Source: Myxococcales bacterium UBA4248 (GTDB lineage Bacteria; Myxococcota_A; Bradymonadia; UBA4248). From it: a stretch of DNA of 54,400 bases. The DNA lies in NCBI GenBank assembly GCA_002395385.1, contig DGWW01000300.1:1-54400 (forward strand). Direction: 5' to 3'. The position numbers and the translations under genes were made by a program. This document shows, in pieces, positions 54,084-54,400 of this stretch; positions within the stretch are counted from its first letter, which is position 1; each line of letters begins with the position of its first letter. The notes beneath the pieces were generated by a model, which saw nothing but the letters and a program-made list of their open reading frames with translations, was not told where the DNA came from and did no database searches.

Positions 54084-54262
54084 ATGTGCAATGGATGAAT
54101 AAAAACAAAAAATGCAGATGACAATGGTATACGTTGTGGCTACAAGATGGATATCTGGCAGGAACAGACACAGATGTAAAGCGGCGATATCACGCTATTC
54201 TGGGGCCTCTTTCCAAGAACGCATCTATTGGCTGCGTGTTAGAATAGATTTCGGAAGGGAAC

Positions 54263-54400
54263 AAGCTGATCGAGCGCGGTACGACGCAGACGGAGGTGGC
54301 GGAGAAAGTCGGAGTAACCCTATCCTATGTGAACCGCATCACCAAGGGCCGGGAACAGATCGTGAATAAGACGTTCGTGAAAATGATGGACGAGCTCGGC
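54263..54400 (+). pseudogene. XRE-type HTH protein fragment without a start codon, running off the window
   Basis: KLIERGTTQTEVAEKVGVTLSYVNRITKGREQIVNKTFVKMMDELG; in-frame TAG at 54245 with no ATG in between; not in the ORF track. Confidence 0.6.

Noticed and set aside
54112-54369. 85-aa ORF from the track
   Set aside because: No motifs; an overlapping frame encodes a convincing HTH

Overview
Bacterial chromosomal segment. Its many Cys-rich lipoproteins (including Myxococcus-type CGDG...CDDGN repeats), Ser/Thr kinases and a TPR protein suggest a Myxococcota/Bradymonadia-like organism (inference only). It holds about 27 intact CDS: housekeeping genes (miaB, prmC, dusB, hrpA-like, glnA, rlmD, M18 and M20 peptidases), transporters, two paralogous kinases, an orphan Mod-like DNA methyltransferase and a MmeI-like Type IIL restriction-modification (RM) gene. 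The standout is the RM gene (46698-50555). It carries an apparently intact REP-associated tyrosine transposase (RAYT/Y1 HUH) domain in frame, flanked by translated 69-bp REP-doublet arrays, with 14 REP copies in the ORF in total. The gene is also bracketed by inverted copies of a second, unnamed repeat made of hairpins with an invariant bulged-G core (C-G-TAT...ATA-G), which occurs at 12 intergenic loci. Also present: two MITE-like inverted-repeat families (one nested in the other), heptamer arrays, a candidate structured ncRNA, and a probable foreign-element junction at the rlmD 3' end. All calls come from reading motifs by eye; no database searches were run.
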